Source: Sphagnum compactum (taxonomy: Eukaryota). Taken from it: a stretch of 64,000 nucleotides of DNA. Both the position numbers and the translations under genes were made by a program. Positions within the stretch are counted from its first letter, which is position 1; every line of letters begins with the position of its first letter. Under the pieces are notes generated by a model that made no database searches, was not told the origin of the DNA, and saw only the letters and a program-made list of their open reading frames with translations. The stretch lies in contig OZ234493.1 in the NCBI GenBank assembly GCA_965153455.1, forward strand, positions 1,240,001 to 1,304,000, given 5' to 3'. This document shows positions 52,341-64,000 of the stretch, in pieces.

Positions 52341-54939
52341 TTTTTCTTTTAATACCAGATCGCATTCAATTCTTAGATGTACTCACAAACTGAAGTTGTG
52401 GCAGTGGATCAATTTAGAGTGAAGATTGGGAAACTGTTACTAAATTAATTGCACAACCCCAACTCAAAATGCACAAACAGTTTCAATGACGCTTGCTTTA
52501 CAACAATAGTTTTACAACATCAATTGCTTCATCAGCACACGGAGGAGTCCCGTTGTTTATCCTCACATGCTTCAACTTTTAGTTCATTTCAACAAAGAAT
52601 GTGAAGTGCTAATAAATTTGGATCTGCAAGAATGTATCAGAAATATAATTTTTAGAACCACTGAACTGTGACTTGATCCTAGACCAACCGATTGTTGCAT
52701 CGACCCCTGAAGTAACAATCACACAAAATCCATTCACCATGAAACCTGTGTACACCAGATCACCCAAGCCAAGCTTCTTGTCAACTAACATTATGTGATG
52801 GGTAGATTTCCCTTCACTCTATTTTTTCTTGCTTACAAAGCTTTGCTTAATTTTGTGGATCATTTCATGTCTTGGAGGATCCTGCTAGTCTTGTTACTGC
52901 AACTTTGCAACTTTGAAATCTGTTGTAGACAAATAATCTAGGTTGAAGCAAAATAGAAGAAGCATTTTCATGTGAGGAGGTCATGGAATTATTTTATCCG
53001 ATGCGCACTTGTGGGCAAGCAGAGTACTTACTTTTTCTGGATGTGACAATTCTCATGTGGAGGTTTCTTTCACGTTTCTCCAATTTGGATCTTTTGTTTG
53101 TTTGATTGCAATTCTTGTGCATTTGGGTGTTGGTAATCAATCATCTGTGGAGTTTCTAGCATCCTTGCTGGCTGTCAAAAATCTGCAACTGATTTTGATA
53201 CCTGAATGCTTGGTTACTTACTACTCTCATGTGTTTGCTGAGATCGCTGCCTGAAAGGCTCTAGTGTAGTTATAGAATCCCAATTAATTACAAGGACACC
53301 ATTCAGGTCCAATGTGATGTTGCACTCTCAAGGCCCGAGTGGAACCATGGGTCCATGGTTCTCAGGTCAGGTTCTAGGTTAGGGTTAGGGTTAGGATTTT
53401 AAGGTTAGGTTTTACAGGCAATTAAAGCTTCAAAGTCGATCGATTGTTTGGTCAATTTGCATATACCCTTGAATCAAAGAACGGGTTTCGCATGCTCGAC
53501 TATTATGACACTGTAGAGAACCGTTTGACAAATATCCGATGGTAGAAATCATTTGAGATTTTAAGATCCTTCAAGGTTCTTTGATTTATTATTATTATTA
53601 TTTTAAAGAACTGGCCTGAACTGATCCTTCAAAAAAAAAGGTGATATCCACCCAACACTCGTACTAACCACTAAACATCCACTAAACATCCGTGTCCATC
53701 TACCTTCAACTAGTAGCCACCAAGTGCCTTACATATGTACCTACCGTCCTAGTAACGACTTGACGTTCCTTACATACTCACTTATGATACTTAAATACTT
53801 ACCCCGTTACATAGGCAGTTACTAGTTACATAGGTGGGGGAAGCGGGAAGTAGGAGGGTTTACCCACCCCAATGGAATCTTGGTAAGTTGGATGTGGTTC
53901 ATCCACAATTGAGGCATAAGTGATTTCCAATGGATGGTGCTAGGTCACGTAATCCCAACTTCCCAAGTTCAATTCGGGCTGATCAATACAATCCAAGAAT
54001 GAGGTTGCTTTGTGACTAATGTTGATTATTGGCGACGGTGTTATGATTTGTAAAGAGTAAGGCATCACATCACACTTATAAACCCTCATCCATGATTTTG
54101 TGCATCATTGGTTTTGTATTTGGCATACCATAGTTTTAAGCCTAACTAAGGAAGAAAACTGAAAATCTCAATGAGTTGATGGTAGGCTATATATATATAT
54201 ACATATATGCACAAATTAAATTTATTTTTTGTTTTGTCAAATTCTTGAAAAAAATATTTATTACTTGCGCCAGAAAATTTATAATTATTATAAAATTAAA
54301 AATTTGCAAGTTCCCAATTTTTAGGTTTGAACTGCAAATCTTATTGTTCAAAACTTAAGATTGAAATAGTCTAAACACACTAAGCCGTCTCATAAACATT
54401 ACAAGAATATGTTTATTATTTTTTATAATATTTGCTTGTCGAAAATTTCAGAATTAAAAAAATCAAGTGCTGAAGTTAAGATTTAAAATTTAATAAATTA
54501 TTTGGCAATTTGTTGCTGAATCCAATCAGGGAGTATGAGATCACATTTAAGTGCCAATTTACTAAAAAGGACCCTTGCAAACAATTCAAGGTTTCAATTC
54601 TAACCATCTCATTGGTCAAATAGGTTTTTTTCTTCACACTTAGTCGAAAGGCTATTTCATAGACCTTGTATATTTGTGTACCTATATTTTTTACACTAAT
54701 TATAAGCTTACCCTTATATATGATTAAAAACATTGATTTTCAAGTGAGGAATATTAGGTGGCTATCTTTACCCAAAGTTAGCCATCCTTCATTTTGGGCA
54801 TTTTTTTATTTTTTGTTTTATCAATTTTATTTTCTTAATTCTGAATTTTTGAGTTGAAAACTTTGTTTCATGCATGGCCTATTGTTATATGGTGGATAGG
54901 CTAGTGATTAGACACTTAGTGTGTTAGAAAGCTTAAAAT

Positions 54940-55402
54940 TTTTGGACACTCTTATGTCGCCTTTGGAATTCAAAGATCTACTGTAAACCTTCACTTGACA
55001 CACCATAACCATGAAGATCACTACCAATGACAAAAAATGAAAAAGATACAATATTTCGAAATAAGGGGGTAATGTTCAATGATGAAAATATTAAAACAAT
55101 TTGTAATTTGGAGTTAAAATCTTTGGACATCTTCATTGCCTTTAGAATTCAAAAGGTTTTGTAAAGCTCTAATTTGCACAATCATAGATTTTTAGATCAT
55201 TCAAAACAAACAAGAAATGGGGAAGATATGGGGTCAAAAAATAAGGGGGGTCTAGTGTGATTTGGATGACTCATCCTCTTTGTTCTTCTTCTTGGTTGTT
55301 CTTTTGTTTTTGAAATTCCAAAAGGTATTGTAAATTTTCATTTTTCACACACATAGCCATAAAGATTGTTCAAAATGGACAAGAAATGAGAATGATATGG
55401 GT
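54940..55402. repeat. Diverged ~185-bp tandem repeat, ~2.5 copies
   Basis: tttggacac/t...gcctt..gaattcaaa...tgtaaa...gatca...caagaaatg...gata...aataagggg recurs at ~54941, ~55122 and ~55310. Confidence 0.65.
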
Positions 55403-56499
55403 TTATGTTTGGTCATGAATATGTGTTTGATGATAGGTGACCTTACCTTACTTGTTGGTTGCCCTATTAGCCATAATGATATGGGCAATATTTGATGGTG
55501 GAATAAATGGTGTTGGGCACTAATTAGCCTAACCTAGTTCAAGTTAAGCTTAGATAGGTTGGCTACTGAAGTTTTGGGGGTTTTAATTGAAAGTTCATGA
55601 AGTAATGTAATAGGAGGATCTTATCCAAGATGGACTACTAGGGAAGGGTAGCCTAGACATGATAAGGTGGGGGAGGGTAAAATCATTGGATTAGGTTAAA
55701 ATAGGAACATCATGTCCTAGCTTGGGCCAGGTAAGCCTTTAGATAAGGGGATATGGTGGCTCAAGCTTCTAGGAAGGTGTTAAATATTAGGGTTAGGTTA
55801 AGACAACATTTTTCCTTCTTCCTACAACTTGTTGACCACCTTCATTTTCTTAAATGATGAATGGGGTGTGAGATAGTGGGAGGGGATTGAAGAATGATGA
55901 TGAATAATGTGAAAGATGTGGAGATTGGGTACATCATGGGGAGGCAAACAAAAAGGAAGGAGCTCCTACATCATGAGAGGCTGGGCTGACCAAGCTTGTC
56001 CAGCCCAAGTAATAGGAAAACTTGGAGGTGGATACATCAATGGTGGTGTTAACGGCTACTTAAAATAATTTTGGTGGGCATTGGGTGAAGGTGGGAAAGG
56101 TACATGGATCTTGAGCCGGGGCTTAGTAGAAAACAAAGATGAAGAGGTGGAGGAAGGTGTTGGCTTGGTAAGAAAGTAAAAGTCTACCCCTTTGAAGTGA
56201 AGGTAAAGAAAGATAGGAAAAGGTTTAGTCTTAAAGAGTGGGGAGGATTCATGTTGTTAGCAAGGCTACAAATGGAGGTAGGATAGAGATGAAAATTATT
56301 AGTAAACAAGCAAGGTAGGAGCTTGGTGGAGAGGAGATCCACAGTAAGGATTGAACAAACCCATTAACTTTCTTTTCTTTTTAATGTGTGAAGTTCTGTT
56401 TTGAGGAAAATTGTTTCCAATTGCTACAGGTTATATGTGTGTGGTCTTGTTTATGAATTGTTGGTTTTAAGGTTGTGGTTAGCTATAGTAAGAGCAAGA

Positions 56500-56900
56500 G
56501 GATAGTGTGGGAGTAGGAAAGGTAACTACTATCTGGCTCAAACAAGGTAGGAAAGAGATATTTATGCTTAGAAAGAGGTATAAAGAAGAAGAAGTGTAAG
56601 TCCTAGTTAACTATGATTCATTAAATTAGGGTTAGGTTTGATACACTAAGGGTATGAAACTAGTGTTGTGAGTAAAAGAGGGACTTTTGTCTAGATTAGA
56701 CAAGGCATGGGGAGGGTAATAATATTTAAAAAGGAAAGAAGAAGTGCAAGTTCTAATTAGTTGTGATTCATTGGATTAGGATTAGGTTTAATACAGCAAA
56801 GGTAAGAGGTTAATGCCCTGAGTAGGAGAGGAACTATTGTTTAAGTCAGACAAAGTAAGAGAATGAGAACTATAATTAGGAAAAAAATGTAGGAGAGGGA
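56500..56900. repeat. Diverged ~150-bp purine-rich tandem repeat
   Basis: aagaagaagtg(t/c)aagt.cta.tta..(a/g)tgattcatt..attagg.ttaggttt.ataca occurs at ~56585 and ~56737, with partial copies on either side. Confidence 0.65.
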
Positions 56901-58869
56901 ACTTAAGTCCTACTGTGACACCCCCCTTGGATGTCCTCCAAGGGGCAAAGGGGAGTGGCTTAGATTAAAGTTGTTAGGCCAGGCTAATTTTACGTTGAAC
57001 AAATGGGTCCAAGATTCAAGCATTTTTAGGTTTAAATGTGATATATGAAAGTTGACGATAAAACCTAAATCTAGCTCTACATTGTAACTAATGTTGGGTC
57101 ATTCTTTAATTTTGAAAAACAAATTAAAATTGTTCAATTTCAATTCATGGATACATGGAATTGGGAATTTGGTTTTAAGCATGGTTTTGAATATTATACC
57201 ATTTTTCAATTTTGGTTCTTGCCTAAACCAAAATTGACGATTAGTTACTAATCAACCCACATCTAATCACATTCTTTCCAAAAACATGTATCTTGGTTTT
57301 GGTTTCACACATAAATCAATCCAAGAACCCATAGGTTTATTCAGTCCATTCTCTCAATAACACATTCTTTGCCTTATAACCTTATAAGATGTTTAGGAAC
57401 CCACTCCCATATTATATATTATGTGTTTCACCATCATTCTCATTGCCATTATCACCACTTATCTATGTGTGAAAAAACATTTTCTAAGCAATGTGTGTGG
57501 GTGATGTGCATGGACTATGAAAAATTGTTGATTTAAAAAGTTTTATAATGTAAGTAATGATACTGGAGATTACTATAGGTCTAGATTTCATTTTTAAGTA
57601 TGTTCTTCTTTTAAATCAATTTATTTTTTTAATACAAATAATTCATAGTGCTATTCAAAGTAATGAATTTTGAGCTTGGTGAAATAGTGATGGGGATATT
57701 TAAAAGGCATAATCAAGAAAAAGAAAAAAAATCCAAATTTTTTTTCAACCCAAGAAAAATAATGAAAATAATTGAAATCACTCATTGTAGTTCAATTACA
57801 AAAAAGAAAAAACTTCCTTGGAAGTTTACTATCAAATTCCATGAAGGAAATCATTAAAAATGTTGTTTAATTGGAGAAGGAAGATGGTGAAACTGAATGG
57901 TGTTTTGTGAAATTCAATAACAAAATGGATAACGTTTCCCCTAGGAAGTTATTATTAAAATTTCAAAAAGATTTTAGAAATGCCAACATATGGTTATCAT
58001 TTGATGGTGTGGGCTTCAAATCTAATGTTGATGATGTAAGTGGTGATGGTAGTTACCAAAATCTTAATGGAAACCTTGTTGGCTTTTTATTCCTTTTCAT
58101 AATCTTGAAGGAAAGTGCTTTGGGACTTGCTTGAATATCTCACTCTTGTTTGTTTACCAAATCTTTGCAAGTTCAATCAAAGGTGCTCACATTTTACTTG
58201 ATTCAACAACGCATTTGCAATGTTGCAATAAGGATCAAGCTTCAAGTCTAAATGCATTTACATACTTACCCAAAACAATATTGTGCAACAAGGATCAAGC
58301 TGTTGTTTGCAAACCCCTTCTTTTCCAACTCTTTTCCTTCTACAAGTTCAACCTAATGCACATTTTTTGGGATAAAACTTCTAGTTCGAAGGAGTAGTGA
58401 TGGTAGAAGGAGCTTTGCAACTCCTTTATCTTTTTCTCCAAGTTCAAATTGAAATGCAAGTTTTAAAGGTGTTCGACAAGGAAGAATTGGTTTTCTTGTT
58501 GAAGTACTACCCCCTCCTTACATCTCTCTTGTTTTTCAAGTTTTTTATGACTTGGAGGTTTTAAAAGATAGTGGGAATGGTGGAACATATGTTTTTGTTA
58601 CACATCATGATAATCATGAGGAGTCTATGGTCAACAAGTTGAAAGCTTCATACTTGAGATGCATTATGTCAACAAGTTGTAATTGAGTTGATCAAAATGA
58701 GACCCTTAGAAACCAAGGTTCTCCCAAGTAATGGTTCAAATGCAACTTTCGATCCCATTTGAAAAAGAGTTTCAAGGTGCTTGATTGGTAGACAAAACAT
58801 TGGAACTTGATGCAAAATTCCTATAACCTTGGACACTTGAAATGTTAGGAATGAATATCAAAAGAGTGC

Positions 58870-59465
58870 ACATGAACGTGCTTGGTTATGCCTTCAAAGG
58901 GCAACCATCACAAAATTTTCTTCTAAATTGTATGAAACGTTTCCACAAATATTTTTTCCATGAACTTTAACTAAAGGGTCCTTTGAGGTTTAGTTTTGGG
59001 ATGAGGTTAGGGCAAAGGAGATTTAGAAAATTGTGATAGTGGATTGGAACACAATGTTGTTAAATTTCTTTAAACTTTTAGTACTTGTCGCGTTTTGATG
59101 TTGGAAGAAAAGGAATGGAGCTCTTATTCACACATAAAATATTGGCGCAATTTCCCAACCTCGATGAAGTATTTTGCAACTTAAAAAACCTCGCCCACAT
59201 GGTTTATAAAATTGGGGATGTATTGAAGATTTATGTGATGGATTTGTATGTCAAATGATCAGTTAGTTCAATGATCATTGTAAAAGTTAATAACATTAAC
59301 AAACTATCGGGATGCATTAAAATTATGTCCTTACTTGAAAATGTGGAACTTAGGGGACCTCATGGTAATTCAAAACATAATGTCCATAGGTGTGTTGAAC
59401 AATGCCAAAAATGTAAGAGATTTGGACACATCATCAAAATTTGCATTGGTTTGGGAAAGAACTAA
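58870..59465 (+). mobile_element. Decayed L1-type LINE ORF1 fragment (DUF4283 region plus CCHC zinc knuckle)
   Basis: ILAQFPNLDEVFCNLKNLAHMVYKIGDVLKI...IIVKVNNINKL...CQKCKRFGHIIKIC (CX2CX4HX4C). Confidence 0.7.
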
Positions 59466-61719
59466 TCAACTTGATGTTATTGTAGAGAAAACATTCAATC
59501 TCTTGGTGTGGTTGGGTGTAAAAGGTTTAATGGGAGATAAAAAATCCTTAACAAAGCCCACCAATCAAGCTTGGGTACCTAAAGGAAATGGTTAACAGAA
59601 GCTCATGCAAGCAAGTGGTACATGCCTAGAAATATATGGAAACCTCAAACAAACCACTAGCCAAAATTCTAGAAATGCAAATCCAAAGAGCAAATTGAGG
59701 CATTGAAAGGCTTGGAGCTGACGAAATCAGAAATAGGAGGTACTAAGGGATCAACCTCATGTAAGGTACACATTGCATTGGATATGAAAATGACACATCC
59801 TCTAGGACTTGAAAAATGCAATCTTGAATCCTTTTTAAAGGCCTCGATGAACAAAAAGTTTTCCTTTGGCTTCTCCTCAGATAGATTTGGGAAGCTTAAA
59901 GTTAATTGGATAGATGTCAAACCATTTGATGCATTTCCTTAATAATCTAAAGATTAAAACATCAACCTAAAGGATTTTAAAGACCAAGAACATTCAAGCT
60001 AAAAGTTATTTAAGCCAAGTCTTAATAGTATGCCCATCCACCTATGATGATAATTTAAGCTCTTAGCACATTTTTTATCAACCCTTTGGAGATGTAGGAG
60101 ATTGATTCAATCCATTCACCTAATTTGTTTTAATGTTAAAGGATTAGACTGTATGAATTTCAACAAGTTAAAAAAGTTTTAGAAACTAGTTTTCCTTTCT
60201 CCCTTCTCCTCTTCAAGAATTTATTATAGTATAAGAACACCATGTAAAATAAGTTGATTGTAATAAATTTAAACAAAATGATTGAGTTTCCTAAAGGTGC
60301 ATCCTTTTGTAATCTTATTATTTCATTAGGTGTTTTCTCAAAGACCTTGTGCTAATATTGCCATTTTTCCTAGGCAACAATGTTGTTCCTAAAGTAATAA
60401 GCCATGCCATTTTAATGTTTGGCATAATCGAATTAGTAATCCTCAAAATCTCAAACATTGAATCCTTCCATGTTGAAAGAAGCATTACACCAAAACATGG
60501 TTTTCATGATTATGACAACTTGTGACTACTATCCAATTGTAGTCATGTAGTCATATGATTAAAGTCTAGACTTGAGTTTTTACCATTTTTTGTAATATAA
60601 CCATTACTATAATTATGATTATAATTATGACCACACAATTCATAGTCATGTTGAAACAATTGAACTTGTTCAACCAATTATATATAATTAAATATATATG
60701 AACATGTGGGCATATCTAGGTTGTTTAATTTGTTCGACAAGTTATGACAAACCTAACTAAAAGCCTATATTTATATAACCAATTGAATTTATTTTCAAAA
60801 GGACATGCAAATGGGAATATATTCACAAGTAGGGTACCATTTTTTGGACACATGATTCAAGGATTTTTCTTTTTGGTACCTTCCAAATATAGAACCTAAA
60901 TGGAATAAATTTAAGTGAGAGATATTAAATAATTTAAATTATCATAATTTTCTTGGTGGTGGAGATTTTTCACATGCGTATATAATTATGCATAAATATT
61001 TTGGTAAAAAACCATAAATGCAAAAAATGAATACATAAGTTTTTATATACAACTTAACATGTTTTCTTACATGAAAAGTTCTTTCACATTTTGTCGACAG
61101 TTGGGGCCACAAATTCTAAGCCTAGTGAATACATAAAATCAACCAAATGGAAACAAATTAAATCATTTTCCTTGTTGCCAATTCGGAATGAATTTTATAG
61201 CCTTCAAAATTCTTATATCATAAATTATTTAATCAAATGCATTATATGAACATTGCCAAACATAGATGTATGCATTATTTATCCATGAAAAACTTTGAAA
61301 TCAATTGCATTGTTTGATACATTCCTTTTGATTTTTTAAAGATGAAAATTACATATAAGAGAAGGACTTAAATTATTTAAAAGGATTCAAAAGAACATCT
61401 ATATTATATCCAATCTATTTTTGGATTTTTTTATTAGATGAACATGACATCAATCTAATTATAGTCATATACCAATTCATTATAATCATGAAATAGTAAA
61501 TGTAATGAAAATCCAAAATAGTCCTCTGTAGTCCTATTTTCGTTAGACCATCCTTTTGGTTACCCTAATTGTGAATATGCCCAAATGTATTGGAACCTTA
61601 TGTATTGGAAGGACTTGCAAATACTCAACTACATCAAACCAATATTTAATAAAGGTAAAACTTGGATTAATTATTTGAAAATTAAATTATCTTTATGTAT
61701 GTGTCATCAATCTTGAAAA

Positions 61720-62420
61720 TGTTATAAGTTTAAGTTTAACCTTAGTTTAGATTAATTTTAATTTGTAGGCTTAACCTCTAAATTTAACTTTTATGCTTAG
61801 CCTAGGTTTAACATTTAGGTCTAGTTTAGGTTTAGCTTAAATAGATTTCACTTGGGTTTCAGTTAGTTTTCACCTTTAAGTTTAATTTTTAATTTTAGCC
61901 TTTAGGTTTTGCTTAGGTTTAATTTCTAAGTTTTAGCTTAATTTTAACCTTTAATTCTAGTCTATATTTAATTTAAGTTAAACTTAGGTTTAATTTCAAT
62001 TTAGCCTAGGATTAGTATTTAGTTTTAGCCTTTAGATTTAGTTTAGTTTTAACCTCCAGGTTTAACCTTGAGGTTTAGCTTAAGTGACCTAGTTTGACAT
62101 AGTTTAACCTATTCTAGGTGTAGTTTAATTTAACCTAATTTGATTTAATTTAGCTTAAATGACCTTAAGTTATACTAAGTTAACCTAAAACCTAGTTTAA
62201 CTTAATTTAATTTCCTTTAGCTTAAATAACCTAGTTTAGCATAATTTTACATAGGTTCACATAAGTAGCCTATTTTAACTTAGTTTAATATGAGTGTTTT
62301 ACTTTATTTTAACTTAGTTTAGCACATGTAGCTTAAATAACCTTAGGTTTGGCTAAAGAGATTTAGGTTGGCCTATAGTACCTTAAGGAGGCCTAGGTTA
62401 ACCCAGGTTAGAGTACTAGG
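61720..62420. repeat. AT-rich low-complexity (ttagg/tttaa/ttaacc) repeat
   Basis: Dense short motifs, no ORF. Confidence 0.65.
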
Positions 62421-62849
62421 TCGCCCATGTTAGTTTAAGCTTTAAAAAATATGTTTATATTTTTATGATAACTTCTTCTATTGCAAATAAATTATTATGC
62501 AATAGTTAAAGATTTGAACTCCCAAAGTGAAAATGAATTTGGTTGAAATCCTCCCATTTGTAGTTTATATATTAAAGTTATGCATAAAGTAATCTTTAGT
62601 TTGAACCTCATTTGATCTTGATTGGACCATTCATTTTCCTTTTTCAAGCTAGTTTTGAAGTCCTCAAAAGAGATTATCATACTCATTATTTTAATCATGC
62701 ATTATGGTCTATTTACATTAAATTAAGGGGTTTACCTAGTAGGGGGTTAATTAAGTTAGGTGGACTTACTTACATGGGCTACCTACCCACCCATAGCCCA
62801 CCTACTTACTTATCGGCTACCTACCTACCTATCCATGAATTATTCACCT

Positions 62850-63760
62850 AGGATAGGGGCTATTAAAAACCTAAATGGAGGGTCACATAGGGCCATTTTA
62901 AGGGCTATTTAGGGGTTATTTAGAAGGCTACATAGGACCTACTGAAGGGGTTATAAAGGGATTTTCCTAAGTTGAGGGATACTTAGGGGCTACTTATTGG
63001 GTTACATAAAGGGCTATTTAGTGGCTACCTTGGGGGTTGGCTAGGGGGATATTTAGGGACTATCTAAAGGCATACCATGGTTAAAGGATAACTATTTAAG
63101 GGGCTATATAGGGCTTATTTGGGAGATTACCTAGGAACTTGCTAAGTTAGGGGATATCAAGGGGGTTACTTTTGGGGCAATTCAAGGATTACTTAAAGGA
63201 TTATTTAGGAAGCTACTTAGGGACTTCTTAATTTAGTGGATACTTTGGAGCCTACTTATGAGGTTACATAGGAGGTTATGTAGGAGCTACTTAAAAGGAT
63301 ATTTAAATATTATCTTAAGGTTTTATGTAACCCCTTACCATTAGGTATCCCATAACTTAGGTAGCCCCCAAATAGGCCTTAAGTAGTCCCTTAAGTAGCC
63401 TTTAAATAACAAATAACCCAAGTAGGACCCATGTGTCTTTACAAATAATGCATTAGGTAGGTTTTTGATAACTCCTAGGTAGGCTTTATGTAGCCCCTTA
63501 AGTAGCCCTTAAGTATCCCACAACTTAAGCAAAAATTTTAATGTTTCCTTGAATTCCCTAAGTAAGATCCTAAATAGTTCCCTTAATAATTTTTAAGTAT
63601 CATATAACTTGGGTAGATTTTCAAGTGTTTTCCCAAATAATTTTTAATGGACCTTAAATAGCCCTTTAATTTAATAAATGCCTAGCTAACCCCTTAAATA
63701 GGTTTTGTATAATTCCTAACTTCCTTTTAGATATAACCATAACATAATAAGTAGGCCCCT
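62850..63760. repeat. Short-period (~12 bp) repeat array that switches strand near 63305 (foldback)
   Basis: The left half has ggggctacttag/ggctattta variants and the right half has taagtagcccct/taaatagcc variants. The palindrome atatttaaatat lies at 63299-63310. Confidence 0.7.
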
Positions 63761-64000
63761 GGGTAAACACATAGGCACATGCAAAACACATGAAGCAAGA
63801 TTCTGAGTGGGCTCGAACAAATTTGCCACAGTGAAAATGTCCAACCCCTTAGTGATTAGGGATTAGTTGATATGGACAAATGAGTTAATTAATATCTAAT
63901 CAAATTCACTAATAATTGATCCATTAGACTAGCCTCTTAGTTCATATTAGGTTTAGTTAAACTATGAACCTTTGTTAAATTAGACACCTAAGACTTTAGG

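Noticed and set aside
53375..53395. Telomeric repeat (ttaggg x2-3; also tttaggg at ~2607 and ~18220)
   Set aside because: Too few copies to be more than telo-box-like or chance motifs.
57648..58600. Short ORFs that might be TE-derived
   Set aside because: No motif I could assign on either strand.

Overview
AT-rich, intron-containing land-plant nuclear DNA. The repeat style and gene content suggest a moss such as Sphagnum (inference). Genes: the last 20 codons of a plastid YbaB/EbfC (STIC2-like) gene at 1-64 (+); a multi-exon polysaccharide lyase family 1 pectate lyase on the - strand (~1735-3730) with three apparent frameshifts and a destroyed splice donor, so probably a young pseudogene; and an intact two-exon DUF1635 gene on the - strand (23017-22913, 22514-20985; ~544 aa, polyQ-rich). 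The DUF1635 leader and upstream region are unusual: a short uORF, a G-quadruplex motif, a (TAGG)n tract and a ~15-copy 60-bp array whose units each carry an inverted repeat and usually a W-box. The rest is mostly decayed transposon DNA: several hAT transposase fragments, a Tourist/PIF MITE with a TTA TSD, a Copia remnant, a Harbinger transposase, a LINE ORF1 fragment, dispersed repeat families, minisatellites and foldback structures. Two decayed LRR-like coding remnants are present, one possibly an LRR-Roc (Roco) gene. I found no rRNA, true tRNA, CRISPR array or recognisable miRNA, and I cannot establish a new biological system from the sequence alone; the findings are leads to test.
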